Assembly (NCBI GenBank): GCA_963676795.2 | Contig: CAXXTB010000001.1 | Location: 64,001 to 128,000 of the forward strand | Origin: Geopsychrobacteraceae bacterium | Lineage (GTDB): Bacteria > Desulfobacterota > Desulfuromonadia > Desulfuromonadales > Geopsychrobacteraceae | DNA length: 64,000 nucleotides | Direction: 5' to 3' | Shown: positions 41,009-50,522 of the stretch, in pieces | Layout: each line of letters begins with the position of its first letter | Numbering within the stretch: position 1 is the first letter of the stretch | Notes under the pieces: model-generated | What the model was told of the DNA's origin: nothing | Seen by the model: only the letters and a program-made list of their open reading frames with translations | The model's database searches: none | Translations under genes and position numbers: made by a program

Positions 41009-41268
41009 GCTTCTTAGACTTTTTTCGCTCCAACAAGACAGGTTCTGCAACGCTGGCCAAAGAGCGTCTGCAGATCATCGTTGCTCATGAACGCGGCAGA
41101 AAGGGTGCGCCCGATTTTCTTCCGCAGTTACAGCAGGATATCCTTGAAGTTGTACGAAAATATGTGCAGATCAGTGAGGATCATATCAAGCTGTCGGTCG
41201 ACAAACGCGACGACTGCGAAGTTCTTGAGCTGAATATCTCTATGGCCGATTTCGAACGGAACGGCTAA
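41005..41268 (+). CDS. minE: Cell-division topological specificity factor MinE
   Basis: AKERLQIIVAHER and LELNI motifs; overlaps the minD stop. Confidence 0.96.
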   Translation: MSFLDFFRSNKTGSATLAKERLQIIVAHERGRKGAPDFLPQLQQDILEVVRKYVQISEDHIKLSVDKRDDCEVLELNISMADFERNG

Positions 41269-41284
41269 GAATATCACCCCGTAT

Positions 41285-41323
41285 GAGCCGGCCCGGGATG
41301 AATTTCTTCCCGGGCTTGGCTTT
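41285..41323 (+). terminator. Hairpin, probable terminator after minE
   Basis: GCCCGGGA/TCCCGGGC stem with a weak U-tract. Confidence 0.5.
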
Positions 41324-41374
41324 GCCGCTCAAGCGGATTACAATGGCAGCCTCTTTTTCGCTCAAGGAGCGCCA

Positions 41375-42118
41375 TTGAACAGCCTAGCCATTCTTTTTCA
41401 GGATGAGCATTACGCCGTCATCAACAAGCCCTCGGGCCTGCTGGTTCATCGCAGCGAAATCGACCGCCACGAAACCCGCTTTGCCATGCAGCTGCTGCGT
41501 GATCAGCTCGGCCAGCGCGTCTACCCGGTGCACCGCCTCGACAAACCGACCTCCGGTGCGCTGCTCTTTGCCCTGAGCCCGGAAGCCGCCAGACGGATGG
41601 CGGAACAGTTCAGCAGTAAAGATGTGGAAAAAACCTACCTGGCCGTAGTACGCGGTTACAGCAACCGCCAGGGAATCATCGACTACCCGTTGACTGAAGA
41701 ACTGGACCGCAAAGCCGACCGGCGGGCCAATCCCGACAAGGCCCCGAAAGAGGCAGTGACCCTGTTCAACCGGCTGGCCACCGCCGAACTGCCGGTGGCC
41801 ATCGGCCGCTACCCGCAAAGTCGTTTCTCCCTGATCGAGGCCCGCCCGCAACACGGCCGCAAGCATCAGCTGCGCCGCCATTTCCGCCATCTGTTCCACC
41901 CGATCATCGGTGACACCAAGCATGGCGAAGGGCGCTATAACCGCTTTTTCCGCGATCAGTTTGACTGTCAGCGCCTGCTGCTGGCGGCGATCAGCCTGAA
42001 GTTCGTTCATCCCTATACTCAAAAGCCGGTCCAGGTCAGCGCACCACTGGATGAAACCTTTCAGCGGGTCATGACCGAAATGGGCTGGCATCTTCTGATA
42101 AACTATCAACCGGATTAA
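41375..42118 (+). CDS. truC: tRNA pseudouridine(65) synthase TruC-like (RluA family)
   Basis: NKPSGLLVHRS, HRLDKPTSG, GRKHQLRRH and HPIIGDTKHG motifs. Confidence 0.88.
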   Translation: MNSLAILFQDEHYAVINKPSGLLVHRSEIDRHETRFAMQLLRDQLGQRVYPVHRLDKPTSGALLFALSPEAARRMAEQFSSKDVEKTYLAVVRGYSNRQGIIDYPLTEELDRKADRRANPDKAPKEAVTLFNRLATAELPVAIGRYPQSRFSLIEARPQHGRKHQLRRHFRHLFHPIIGDTKHGEGRYNRFFRDQFDCQRLLLAAISLKFVHPYTQKPVQVSAPLDETFQRVMTEMGWHLLINYQPD

Positions 42119-42141
42119 ACCTTCACTGCACAGGAGCCACT

Positions 42142-42693
42142 ATGGCAAAAGTTCTGATTCCCGTTGCCGACAGCGTCGAAGATATTGAGACCGTGACCAT
42201 CATCGATGTTCTGCGCCGCGCCGGGTTCGAGGTCAGCGTCGCCAGTATCTATGAGCACAAACAGATCACGGCTGCCCGGGGCACAAAAATCGAAGCCGAT
42301 TGCCTGCTCAGCGCCTGCCTCACCGAAGAATGGGACCTGATCGCCCTGCCAGGAGGCATGCCCGGCGCCGAACACCTGAGCAACCATGCCCCGCTGATCG
42401 CCCGCCTTAAAGAGCAGGCCGCAAGCGACAAATTCTACGCGGCGCTCTGCGCTTCACCGGCCGTCGTTCTGGCCAGACACGGACTGCTCAGCGGTAAACA
42501 GGCGACCTGCTATCCATCGATGCAGAATAAGCTGCCGGAGACCAGCCACGCGGCAGAAACAACCGTTGTTGATGGCAACTGTATCACCAGCCAGGGCCCT
42601 GCCACAGCCATGGAGTTTGCCCTGGCACTGGTCGAGGCGCTATCCGGAAATGAATTGCGCCAGCAGTTGGCGAAGGCCTTGCTGTACCACTGA
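42142..42693 (+). CDS. yajL: DJ-1/YajL/ThiJ-family protein
   Basis: EDIE, DVLRRAG, LPGGMPG, ALCASP and TSQGPAT motifs. Confidence 0.88.
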   Translation: MAKVLIPVADSVEDIETVTIIDVLRRAGFEVSVASIYEHKQITAARGTKIEADCLLSACLTEEWDLIALPGGMPGAEHLSNHAPLIARLKEQAASDKFYAALCASPAVVLARHGLLSGKQATCYPSMQNKLPETSHAAETTVVDGNCITSQGPATAMEFALALVEALSGNELRQQLAKALLYH

Positions 42694-42780
42694 AAAAACA
42701 GTACAGCAATTTCGCTAAAATCATTGATCCCCCGAAGCCCCTGTGAAGACGCATGTTCAAATGAAGGCATGGCTAGAGAC

Positions 42781-43923
42781 ATGAATAAACGAAATGTCAT
42801 TTTATGTTGGCTTTTGGCCATTCTGATTTCGGCTATTTTCATTGGCGTAATCGGCTATAAATGGTTTCAGGTCCGGAGAATCCACGGCAATGAAATCAAT
42901 ATCGTCAGAAATGCATCTGAACTGGACCAGTTATTTACAGCCAGTGACACCATAGAGTTTAAAGGCGGCACCCAACCTTACAAAATCCCAACCGGATTTT
43001 TCATTCAGTCGCTGGCATTTTTGACTTCCAGCGATGTCAATATTACCGGCTATGTCTGGCAGAAATATCCCAAGGATTTCCCCCCGGACATTGAAAAAGG
43101 TTTTGTTTTTCCCGAAGAGATCGATTCAAGCAGTACACAACTGAACGTGGTCTATGAGGTTGACGGTGAACAAAACGGCGTAGGATATCGGACGATCGGC
43201 TGGTATTTCGATGTGACCCTGCGGCAGACATTCGACTACTCCAGATATCCTCTCGATTTCCTGACGGTATGGATACGGCTGTGGCCGAAAGATTTAAAAA
43301 ACGACAATCGAGTCATCCTGATTCCCGATTTCAGTGCTTATTCAAACACCAACAGAGAGAAATTCGGCCTTGATAAGGATATTGTCTCCGGTGAATGGGA
43401 AATAGACGAAACCTTCTTCAGCTACAACAACATACCCTATGACACGGACTTTGGCTTTTTTGACGAAGTTCGCGACCAGACCTACAAGGAATTTTACTTC
43501 AACCTGGGATTGCGCAGGACATTCATCAACGCATTTGTCATCAATCTTGTGCCGCTTTTCGTGGTCGCGTTGCTGCTGTTTGCCCAGATGATGACAGTGA
43601 CCGGAAAAAAGGATCTGATCGACAGGTTCGGTTTCAATACAAGCGGTGCAATAGCGACATGTTCGGCGCTTTTTTTCGTCGTCATGCTCGCACATGTTCA
43701 GGTGAGAAGGCTGTTTTCAGGTTCCGGATTGACCTATATCGAATTCTTCTACCTGACCATGTATCTCGTTGTTCTGATAACCGCCTTGAATTCCTATATT
43801 TTCTCTCTTGGCAAAAGGACGTATTTCAATCTTATCTATTATTGCGATAATGTGATTCCCAAGACGGTCTATTGGCCGCTCGTGCTTGGAATGATGGCGC
43901 TGGCGACATGGTTTAAACTTTAG
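42781..43923 (+). CDS. Hypothetical membrane protein resembling a prokaryotic pentameric ligand-gated ion channel subunit
   Basis: N-terminal TM/signal, a beta-rich domain containing FDYSRYPLD and GEW, then four C-terminal hydrophobic helices. Confidence 0.65.
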   Translation: MNKRNVILCWLLAILISAIFIGVIGYKWFQVRRIHGNEINIVRNASELDQLFTASDTIEFKGGTQPYKIPTGFFIQSLAFLTSSDVNITGYVWQKYPKDFPPDIEKGFVFPEEIDSSSTQLNVVYEVDGEQNGVGYRTIGWYFDVTLRQTFDYSRYPLDFLTVWIRLWPKDLKNDNRVILIPDFSAYSNTNREKFGLDKDIVSGEWEIDETFFSYNNIPYDTDFGFFDEVRDQTYKEFYFNLGLRRTFINAFVINLVPLFVVALLLFAQMMTVTGKKDLIDRFGFNTSGAIATCSALFFVVMLAHVQVRRLFSGSGLTYIEFFYLTMYLVVLITALNSYIFSLGKRTYFNLIYYCDNVIPKTVYWPLVLGMMALATWFKL

Positions 43924-44053
43924 CTACAAGGGTTTGCAACAGCACCGTTACAGAAAGTCTTTGGCGTCAACAGGTGACTTCGTTTTAACCTGAAGGCTGA
44001 ATACTTCAAAAACAGCGATATCACCTCATTCCAACAACGCAAAGAGAAGAACG

Positions 44054-46024
44054 ATGAAACTTTCTCACCTATTACTGACCGGACTGTTAGCGATCGCGTT
44101 GATAAACACTTCCTGCGTCAATATCCGAGGACAGCAGCAACAAGTCACTAGCGACGAACACAAGGAAGAAAGCCTGGCAGAGCTGAAGGCGGCCGCAGCG
44201 CACAACGACCCGGAAGCGCTGCTGCGCCTGGGGGATGCCTACATCTACGGCCGTTACGGTCTGACGGACAAAGCCCAGGCCTACCCGCTCATGCAGAAAG
44301 CGGTCAAAAGCGGCAATCCGCACGCAATGACCGACATGGGGATCATCTACCTGAAAGGCTACGGCACAGCGGTTGACTATCGCGCTGCCCGCACCTGGTT
44401 TGAAAAAGCCGCCGCCGGGGGCGATATCAAGGCACCGCGTTATATTGGCCAGATCTACCAGAATGGCTGGGGCACTACTGTCGATTACGAGAAGGCGGCC
44501 AGCTCCTACAGACAGTCTGCGGAACGCGGCGATATCACCAGCCAGTATTATCTGGGGCAACTCTATGAGCAGGGGCTGGGCGTCACTCAGGATTATCAGC
44601 AGGCACTGGCTCTCTATCAGCAGTCAGCGGCCCGCGGCGACCATGTCAGCCTGCCGGCCATTCTGGCCCTGGCCAACCTTTACGAACAGGGACTCGGCGT
44701 CGAACGGGATATCACCAAAGCACTTGAATGGTATACCAAAGCTGCTGCCCTTGGAGATGACACGGCGAAAGGGAAGATTGCCGAGTATCAATATCCGGAA
44801 AATCCCAACCTGATGAATATCACAGCGCTGGTCAGGGTGATCGGCGATGGCCAGAAGGTGGCGGCTCTGGCCCTGGAGTACAAAGAGCCGGTCACCGCGG
44901 CATCTGTTTCTGTCAGCGATTTCCAGGTGCCGGAACGTGATATCACCAGTGTCTACCTCAGTGACCGGGCAGCGTTCTCAGCCCCCGCTTCACAAGGACG
45001 TTTTGTCATCGTCGAACTGAAAACCGCGATCGACAAGGAAAGCGCCGGCATGGGTGGCGGTCCACAGCAGGGCGATGGCGCCGACGGCCAGAACGGCCCT
45101 CCGGCCGGTGGTGGCCCTCAGCTCGGCCAGATCTCCGACAAACCGGCCGAACCGGTCATTCTGAGCGCACAAATCATCCAGACCGGCGAACTCACGACGA
45201 CCGACGGCCAGACCATCGCAGCGGATAACATGCCGATGGAGAGCAACGCGACACTCAGCCCCGACACGGCAGGATTTCAGCAGCTGGTCTACCACGATGA
45301 CCAGGCCGGTCGCGACCTGATGTATAACCTCTACATGCCGGAAAACTACGATCCGGCCATAAGCTACCCACTGGTGCTGTTCATGCACGATGCCGGAGCG
45401 GTCAGCAACAATCCGATCGAAACCCTGACGCAAGGGTCAGGAGCCGTGGTCTGGGCCTCCACTGCTGATCAGGCCCGTCATCAGAGCTTTGTCCTCGCCC
45501 CGCAGTATGACCGGGTGATCGTCGGTGATGGCTCGGCCTATAGTGAGGATCTCGACATGACCGTTCGCCTGATTAAATCGCTGCTGAAGCAGTACAGCAT
45601 CGATCCCAGGCGCCTGTACAACACCGGCCAGTCGATGGGCGGCATGACCTCCATCGCCATGGACATCAAGTACCCCGACCTGTTTGCCGCCTCATTCCTG
45701 GTCGCCTGCCAGTGGGATCCAGGCCAAGTCGCGCCGCTCGCCAACAAACCACTGTGGATCGTTGTCTCCGAAGGGGACAGCAAGGCGCACCCCGGGATGG
45801 ACGCAATCACCGCCGTACTCAAAGAACATGGCGCCAGCGTTGCCAACGCTACCTGGGATGCCGAAGCTGATGCGCAGACTCTGGCCAAAGAGGTCAAGGC
45901 GATGCTCAGCCGGAACGCCCGGGTCAATTACACCCTGTTCAAGGGGGGCGATCACCGCTACACCTGGCAGTATGCCTACTCGATTCCGGGGATCAGGGAC
46001 TGGCTGTTCGAGCAGCATAAATGA
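44054..46024 (+). CDS. Lipoprotein with Sel1-like repeats, an esterase Ig-like domain and an alpha/beta-hydrolase
   Basis: Signal ending NTSC; about 5 SLR repeats (LG.LY..G.G...D...A..W); YPLVLFMHDAG; GQSMGG nucleophile motif. Confidence 0.85.
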   Translation: MKLSHLLLTGLLAIALINTSCVNIRGQQQQVTSDEHKEESLAELKAAAAHNDPEALLRLGDAYIYGRYGLTDKAQAYPLMQKAVKSGNPHAMTDMGIIYLKGYGTAVDYRAARTWFEKAAAGGDIKAPRYIGQIYQNGWGTTVDYEKAASSYRQSAERGDITSQYYLGQLYEQGLGVTQDYQQALALYQQSAARGDHVSLPAILALANLYEQGLGVERDITKALEWYTKAAALGDDTAKGKIAEYQYPENPNLMNITALVRVIGDGQKVAALALEYKEPVTAASVSVSDFQVPERDITSVYLSDRAAFSAPASQGRFVIVELKTAIDKESAGMGGGPQQGDGADGQNGPPAGGGPQLGQISDKPAEPVILSAQIIQTGELTTTDGQTIAADNMPMESNATLSPDTAGFQQLVYHDDQAGRDLMYNLYMPENYDPAISYPLVLFMHDAGAVSNNPIETLTQGSGAVVWASTADQARHQSFVLAPQYDRVIVGDGSAYSEDLDMTVRLIKSLLKQYSIDPRRLYNTGQSMGGMTSIAMDIKYPDLFAASFLVACQWDPGQVAPLANKPLWIVVSEGDSKAHPGMDAITAVLKEHGASVANATWDAEADAQTLAKEVKAMLSRNARVNYTLFKGGDHRYTWQYAYSIPGIRDWLFEQHK

Positions 46025-46035
46025 AAGAATAAGAG

Positions 46036-46067
46036 AGCCCCTGAGTAGCAACCTCAAGGGGCTTTTT
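46036..46067 (+). terminator. Intrinsic terminator
   Basis: AGCCCCT/AGGGGCT stem followed by a T-run. Confidence 0.75.
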
Positions 46068-46332
46068 CAACGAAATCCGCGCCTGATAATCTGTTCAGCA
46101 TGCCTGAAATTTCGGAAATATTTAAAAAACTGCTCTTTTTTCGATGTTTAGCCATTGTATTACCAAACTACTCATGTTACTGTCCGGAAACTTAAGAAAG
46201 TTTGTGGACAGCTTAGCTCCCCGGATCAGTCTAAATCCGAACCCACACAAACCCATTTGAGGGTTTGTTTTTCTGTTTTGGCTAAATGTTTACAAACAAC
46301 AAAAGTCCTTGAAGGGACACGGAGAAAAAAGA

Positions 46333-46533
46333 ATGGCACAAGGTACAGTAAAGTGGTTCAACGATTCTAAAGGTTTTGGTTTTATCGAGCAGGACAACGG
46401 ACCTGACGTATTCGTCCACTTTTCAAAAATTCAGGGCGACGGCTTCAAATCTCTCGCCGAAGGCGATCGCGTCAGCTTCGACGTCACCCAAGGCCAAAAA
46501 GGCCCACAATCAGAAAACGTCCGTAAAATCTAA
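46333..46533 (+). CDS. Cold-shock protein (CspA family)
   Basis: [22 protein letters not shown] and GQKGP motifs; GGAG RBS; AT-rich leader of about 140 nt. Confidence 0.97.
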   Translation: MAQGTVKWFNDSKGFGFIEQDNGPDVFVHFSKIQGDGFKSLAEGDRVSFDVTQGQKGPQSENVRKI

Positions 46534-46560
46534 TCGATTTTATCTGATAGATTGACATTG

Positions 46561-46595
46561 AAAGCCCCGCGAGCAATCGCGGGGCTTTCTTTTTT
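46561..46595. terminator. Terminator between convergent genes (probably bidirectional)
   Basis: AAAGCCCCGCGA-gcaa-TCGCGGGGCTTT followed by CTTTTTT. Confidence 0.88.
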
Positions 46596-46604
46596 AGCGG
46601 TCTG

Positions 46605-47990
46605 TCAGTGCAGCAAAGAACCCAGATAGACAAACAGCCCCGACTCCTTGACCTTGGCGTAGAGTACGATGGCAACGGCCAGTGGCGAGATAAAGCGGAT
46701 GGTAAAATGCCAGAACGGATAGATCCAGCCGGCACCACCGGTGACAAGTTCCCGCTTCTCCTCCTTCCCCTTCCAGAACCAGCCGACATAGATGGCGATA
46801 ATCAGACCAGAGATCGGCAACAGGTAGTTGGACGCGACCAGATCGATACTGTCGAAAAAGCTGCGTTCGCCGAGCAGCGTCCAGTGCCCGAGAACATTGT
46901 AAGACAACGCCGAAGGGATACCGACAACAAAACAGAGAAGCGCCAGCACAACCGTCGCTTTTTTCCGCCCCCAGCTCCGTTCGTCGATCAGATAAGCGAC
47001 CTGAGACTCAAGAAGTGAAATGGTACTGGTCAATGCTGCGAAAGCGATCAACAGAAAGAACAGAATCGCCAGAAAATAACCGCCGGGCAGTTGTGAAAAA
47101 ACGATCGGAATGGTCTTGAACACCAGCCCCGGCCCTGCAGAAGGGTGCATCCCCACGGCAAAGACAATCGGGAAGATGGCCAGCCCGGCAATCAGAGCAA
47201 TGGCCGTATCGAGCAGCGCGACCCGGACACTGACTCCAAACAGGTTGGTCTCATTCTTGAGGTATGAGCCGTAGGTGATCATGATCGCCATACCGAGCGA
47301 CAGGGTATAGAAGGAATGTCCCAGAGCTTCGAGCACCGAGGCCGTTGTCAGCTTGCTGAAATCAGGGTAGAACATGAAACGCAACCCTTCCGCTGCGCCG
47401 TCGCTGAGCATACCGTTGACAAACAGCAGCACCAGCAGGCCGAGCAACACCGGCATCAGGATCTTGCTCCAGCGTTCAATCCCTTTCTGTACACCACCGA
47501 TAACAATCGCCAGGGTCAGAATGATAAAACCGAAGTGACAGATCATCTGCCGGCCACCGCTGCCGATCAGGCCGCCGAACAGTGCCTCGATAGCCTCCGG
47601 TGACTGGCCGACGAAGGCACCCTGGATCGCCCGCCAGACATAGTCGAGGGTCCAGCCTGCCACCACGGAGTAATATGAAAGAATGATGAACGAGGTGACA
47701 ACGCTGAGCCAACCGGAGACCTGCCAGAAGGAACGCTTCCCTTCCAGGGCAATATAGGCGCCGACAGCATCCTTCTGGGTATGACGGCCGATCATCAGCT
47801 CGGAAATCATGATCGGCAGGCCGACGATCAGGATACTGACCAGATAGACAAGGACAAAAGCACCACCGCCGTTCTGACCGGTGATGTAGGGGAACTTCCA
47901 GATATTGCCGAGGCCGATGGCACTGCCGGCAGCAGCGAGAATGAAGCCGAGGCGAGAGGCCCACTGACCTCGTCGTTGAGGCTGAGACAT
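46605..47990 (-). CDS. Sodium-dependent transporter (NSS/SNF family)
   Basis: WASRLGFILAAAGSAIGLGNIWKFPY, NGGGAF, GIERWSK and FYTLSLG motifs. Confidence 0.95.
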   Translation of the reverse strand: MSQPQRRGQWASRLGFILAAAGSAIGLGNIWKFPYITGQNGGGAFVLVYLVSILIVGLPIMISELMIGRHTQKDAVGAYIALEGKRSFWQVSGWLSVVTSFIILSYYSVVAGWTLDYVWRAIQGAFVGQSPEAIEALFGGLIGSGGRQMICHFGFIILTLAIVIGGVQKGIERWSKILMPVLLGLLVLLFVNGMLSDGAAEGLRFMFYPDFSKLTTASVLEALGHSFYTLSLGMAIMITYGSYLKNETNLFGVSVRVALLDTAIALIAGLAIFPIVFAVGMHPSAGPGLVFKTIPIVFSQLPGGYFLAILFFLLIAFAALTSTISLLESQVAYLIDERSWGRKKATVVLALLCFVVGIPSALSYNVLGHWTLLGERSFFDSIDLVASNYLLPISGLIIAIYVGWFWKGKEEKRELVTGGAGWIYPFWHFTIRFISPLAVAIVLYAKVKESGLFVYLGSLLH

Positions 47991-48038
47991 GAGATTTTCC
48001 TTTAGAGCAATAAACAAAAACAGATTCGTGGCGAGAAT

Positions 48039-48095
48039 ACCCCCCTGCTCGTAAACTCGCTTCCCCCCTATAAAATAGGGGGGATTGAGGGGAGT
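48039..48095 (+). repeat. Palindromic repeat family A, copy 2
   Basis: ACCCCCCTGCTCGTAAACTCGCTTCCCCCCTATAAAATAGGGGGGATTGAGGGGAGT. Confidence 0.88.
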
Positions 48096-48100
48096 GAAGT

Positions 48101-48829
48101 TTAGTGAGCGATCACCTTGCCGAGAAAATCGCGCAAGCGCGGCTCTTTCGGGTTGGCGAAGACCTCTTTCGGATTGCCCTGTTCCTTGATGATTCCCTGA
48201 TCGAAAAACACCAGGCGGTCGGCCACCTCACGGGCAAAACCCATTTCATGGGTGACGACGACCATGGTCATCCCTTCCCTGGCCAGCTGCTTCATGACCT
48301 CGAGAACCTCGCCGACCAGTTCCGGATCGAGGGCGCTGGTCGGTTCGTCAAAGAGAATAACCTTGGGCTGCAGCGCCAGGGCACGGGCAATGGCGACGCG
48401 CTGTTTCTGACCGCCGGAAAGCTGATCAGGGTAAGACTTGGCTTTCTCCTTCAGACCGACTTTTTCGAGCAGCTGCATCCCCAGCTCATCGGCCAGCTTG
48501 CGTGTCATGTTACGAACCTTGACCGGCCCGAGGGTGACATTCTGCAGAACCGACAGGTGCGGAAACAGGTTGAACTGCTGAAAGACCATTCCGGCCTCGG
48601 TACGCACCATATTGATGTCGGTTTTCGGATCGGAAAGGTCGTAACCGTCGACGATGATCTGCCCTGAGGTAATCTCTTCGAGCTGGTTGATACAGCGCAG
48701 CACCGTCGACTTGCCGCTGCCGGACGGACCGATAACACAAACGACTTCCCCTTCTTTGATATGCAGATCGACCCCTTTGACGACCTCCAGCTCACCGTAG
48801 GATTTGTGAAGATTAGTGATACGGATCAT
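48101..48829 (-). CDS. glnQ: Polar amino-acid ABC transporter ATPase
   Basis: [16 protein letters not shown] and [10 protein letters not shown] motifs. Confidence 0.9.
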   Translation of the reverse strand: MIRITNLHKSYGELEVVKGVDLHIKEGEVVCVIGPSGSGKSTVLRCINQLEEITSGQIIVDGYDLSDPKTDINMVRTEAGMVFQQFNLFPHLSVLQNVTLGPVKVRNMTRKLADELGMQLLEKVGLKEKAKSYPDQLSGGQKQRVAIARALALQPKVILFDEPTSALDPELVGEVLEVMKQLAREGMTMVVVTHEMGFAREVADRLVFFDQGIIKEQGNPKEVFANPKEPRLRDFLGKVIAH

Positions 48830-48832
48830 GAC

Positions 48833-49504
48833 TTACCTCTTTGCTGCGACGTTCATACGGGTTTCCAGTTTCTTCAGCATCCAGGAGATGACCATGGTCA
48901 TGATCAGATAGGTGATGCCGACGGTCAGCCAGACCTCAAAAGCGCGGAAATTGACAGCGATGATCTCCTGGCCGACGCGGGTCAGCTCGGCGACACCAAT
49001 AACGACCAGCAGCGAGGTATCCTTGAGACTGATGATGAACTGGTTGCCGAGTGGCGGGATCATTCTTTTGAGCGCCTGCGGCCAGATGATGTAGAGCATG
49101 GTCTGACCACGGGTCAGGCCGATGGAACGGCCGGCCTCCATCTGGCCATTGTCGATCGACTGCACCGCGCCGCGGACGATCTCGGCGATATAGGCCCCGG
49201 AATTGATGGCGATGGCAACAACCCCGGCGGCAATCGGCGGAATCCTCATTCCCAGCGCCATCGGCAGGCCGAAGTAGAGGAACATGACCTGAACGATCAA
49301 CGGCGTACCGCGAATGATTTCAACATAGATTCCGGCAATCTTGCGCAGCCAGAACCGTGGCGAAAGCTTGAGCAGGCCAAACAGCGCACCCAGAAAGAAA
49401 CCGATCAGCAATCCGATCAGCGTAATAACGATGGTCAACCCCGCGCCATGGAGCAAGAGCGGAAAGGTTTCGACCATGACCTGTGCATTGAAACGAAAAT
49501 TCAT
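48833..49504 (-). CDS. glnP: Polar amino-acid ABC transporter permease
   Basis: IRGTPLIVQ, AYIAEIVRG, EAGRSIG and KDTSL motifs. Confidence 0.9.
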   Translation of the reverse strand: MNFRFNAQVMVETFPLLLHGAGLTIVITLIGLLIGFFLGALFGLLKLSPRFWLRKIAGIYVEIIRGTPLIVQVMFLYFGLPMALGMRIPPIAAGVVAIAINSGAYIAEIVRGAVQSIDNGQMEAGRSIGLTRGQTMLYIIWPQALKRMIPPLGNQFIISLKDTSLLVVIGVAELTRVGQEIIAVNFRAFEVWLTVGITYLIMTMVISWMLKKLETRMNVAAKR

Positions 49505-49570
49505 ACCTGACCTCACTCAAATCTCTGTGCTCGACGCAGCAGAGACTCTCATTCTTATCCCGAACATCAA

Positions 49571-49677
49571 CCCCTCTCCCGTCGGGGAGAGGGTGGCGCA
49601 GAGCGCCGGGTGAGGAGAAATTCCTGAAAATGCCCCTCATCCGCCCTTCGGGCACCTTCTCCCCGCTGGGAGAAGGG
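49571..49677. repeat. Palindromic repeat family B, inverted dimer
   Basis: CCCCTCTCCC..GGGAGAGGG..GGGTGAGG followed by the inverted unit CCCCTCATCCG..CCTTCTCCC..GGGAGAAGGG. Confidence 0.8.
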
Positions 49678-49705
49678 ACCAACATTTAGAAGCCTTTAAA
49701 ACATC

Positions 49706-49763
49706 ACCCCCCTGCTCGCTGTGCTCGCTTCCCCCCTATTTTATAGGGGGGATTGAGGGGGGT
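49706..49763 (+). repeat. Palindromic repeat family A, copy 3
   Basis: ACCCCCCTGCTCGCTGTGCTCGCTTCCCCCCTATTTTATAGGGGGGATTGAGGGGGGT. Confidence 0.88.
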
Positions 49764-49781
49764 CCGTTTTTCGCTCAAAAA

Positions 49782-50522
49782 CTACTTAGGATCGGTGCCA
49801 AACCACTTGCGATAGAGCTTGGTGTAAGATCCGTCGGCCTTCAGCTCGGCCAGGGCAGCGTTGACCTTACCGACCAGCGCGCTCCCCTTCGGAAAGGCGA
49901 TGCCGTAAGACTGGCCCATGTAGAGCGGGCCGACGACCTTGACCTGGTCCTTGCCGACCTTACGCATGAAATCGGCGATGACCGGAGAGTCGAAGACGAC
50001 AGCGTCAGCGCCGCCGGACATCAGTTCGAGGAACATCGCATCATTGTTCGGGAACAGCTTGACGTCCTTGGCTCCCGCCTTTTCCTTGACCAGATCGGCG
50101 CTGGTGGTGGCGAGTTTGGTGGCGACAACCTTGCCCTTGAGGTCTTCGATGCTATTGATGCTGTTTTCATCGGCACGGACCAGGATCAGCAGGCCGGCGT
50201 TGTAGTAGCCATCGGAAAAATCGACGACTTCGGCACGCTCAGGCTTGATGGTCATACCGGCAATACCGACATCGAGCTGGCCGGTCTGCAGACCTGGAAT
50301 GATCCCGTTGAAATCCATCGGCTGGAGTTTGAAATCGGCGCCGATCTTCATGGCAATCGCTTCCCAGAGTTCGATATCAAAACCGGTGTGCTTGCCGGTC
50401 TTGTCCTTGAATTCAAAGGGTGGAAAGTTGGTATCGGTGGCAACGATCAGCGGTTTGGCCAGGGCCGGGGAGACCAGCATCAGGGTTGCCAGTAGAGCCA
50501 GCATAATTTTACGCAGTTTCAT
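49782..50522 (-). CDS. glnH: Glutamine-type ABC substrate-binding protein
   Basis: ATDTNFPPFEFK, GFDIELW, MDFNGIIPGLQ and YGIAFPKG motifs; signal peptide. Confidence 0.88.
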   Translation of the reverse strand: MKLRKIMLALLATLMLVSPALAKPLIVATDTNFPPFEFKDKTGKHTGFDIELWEAIAMKIGADFKLQPMDFNGIIPGLQTGQLDVGIAGMTIKPERAEVVDFSDGYYNAGLLILVRADENSINSIEDLKGKVVATKLATTSADLVKEKAGAKDVKLFPNNDAMFLELMSGGADAVVFDSPVIADFMRKVGKDQVKVVGPLYMGQSYGIAFPKGSALVGKVNAALAELKADGSYTKLYRKWFGTDPK

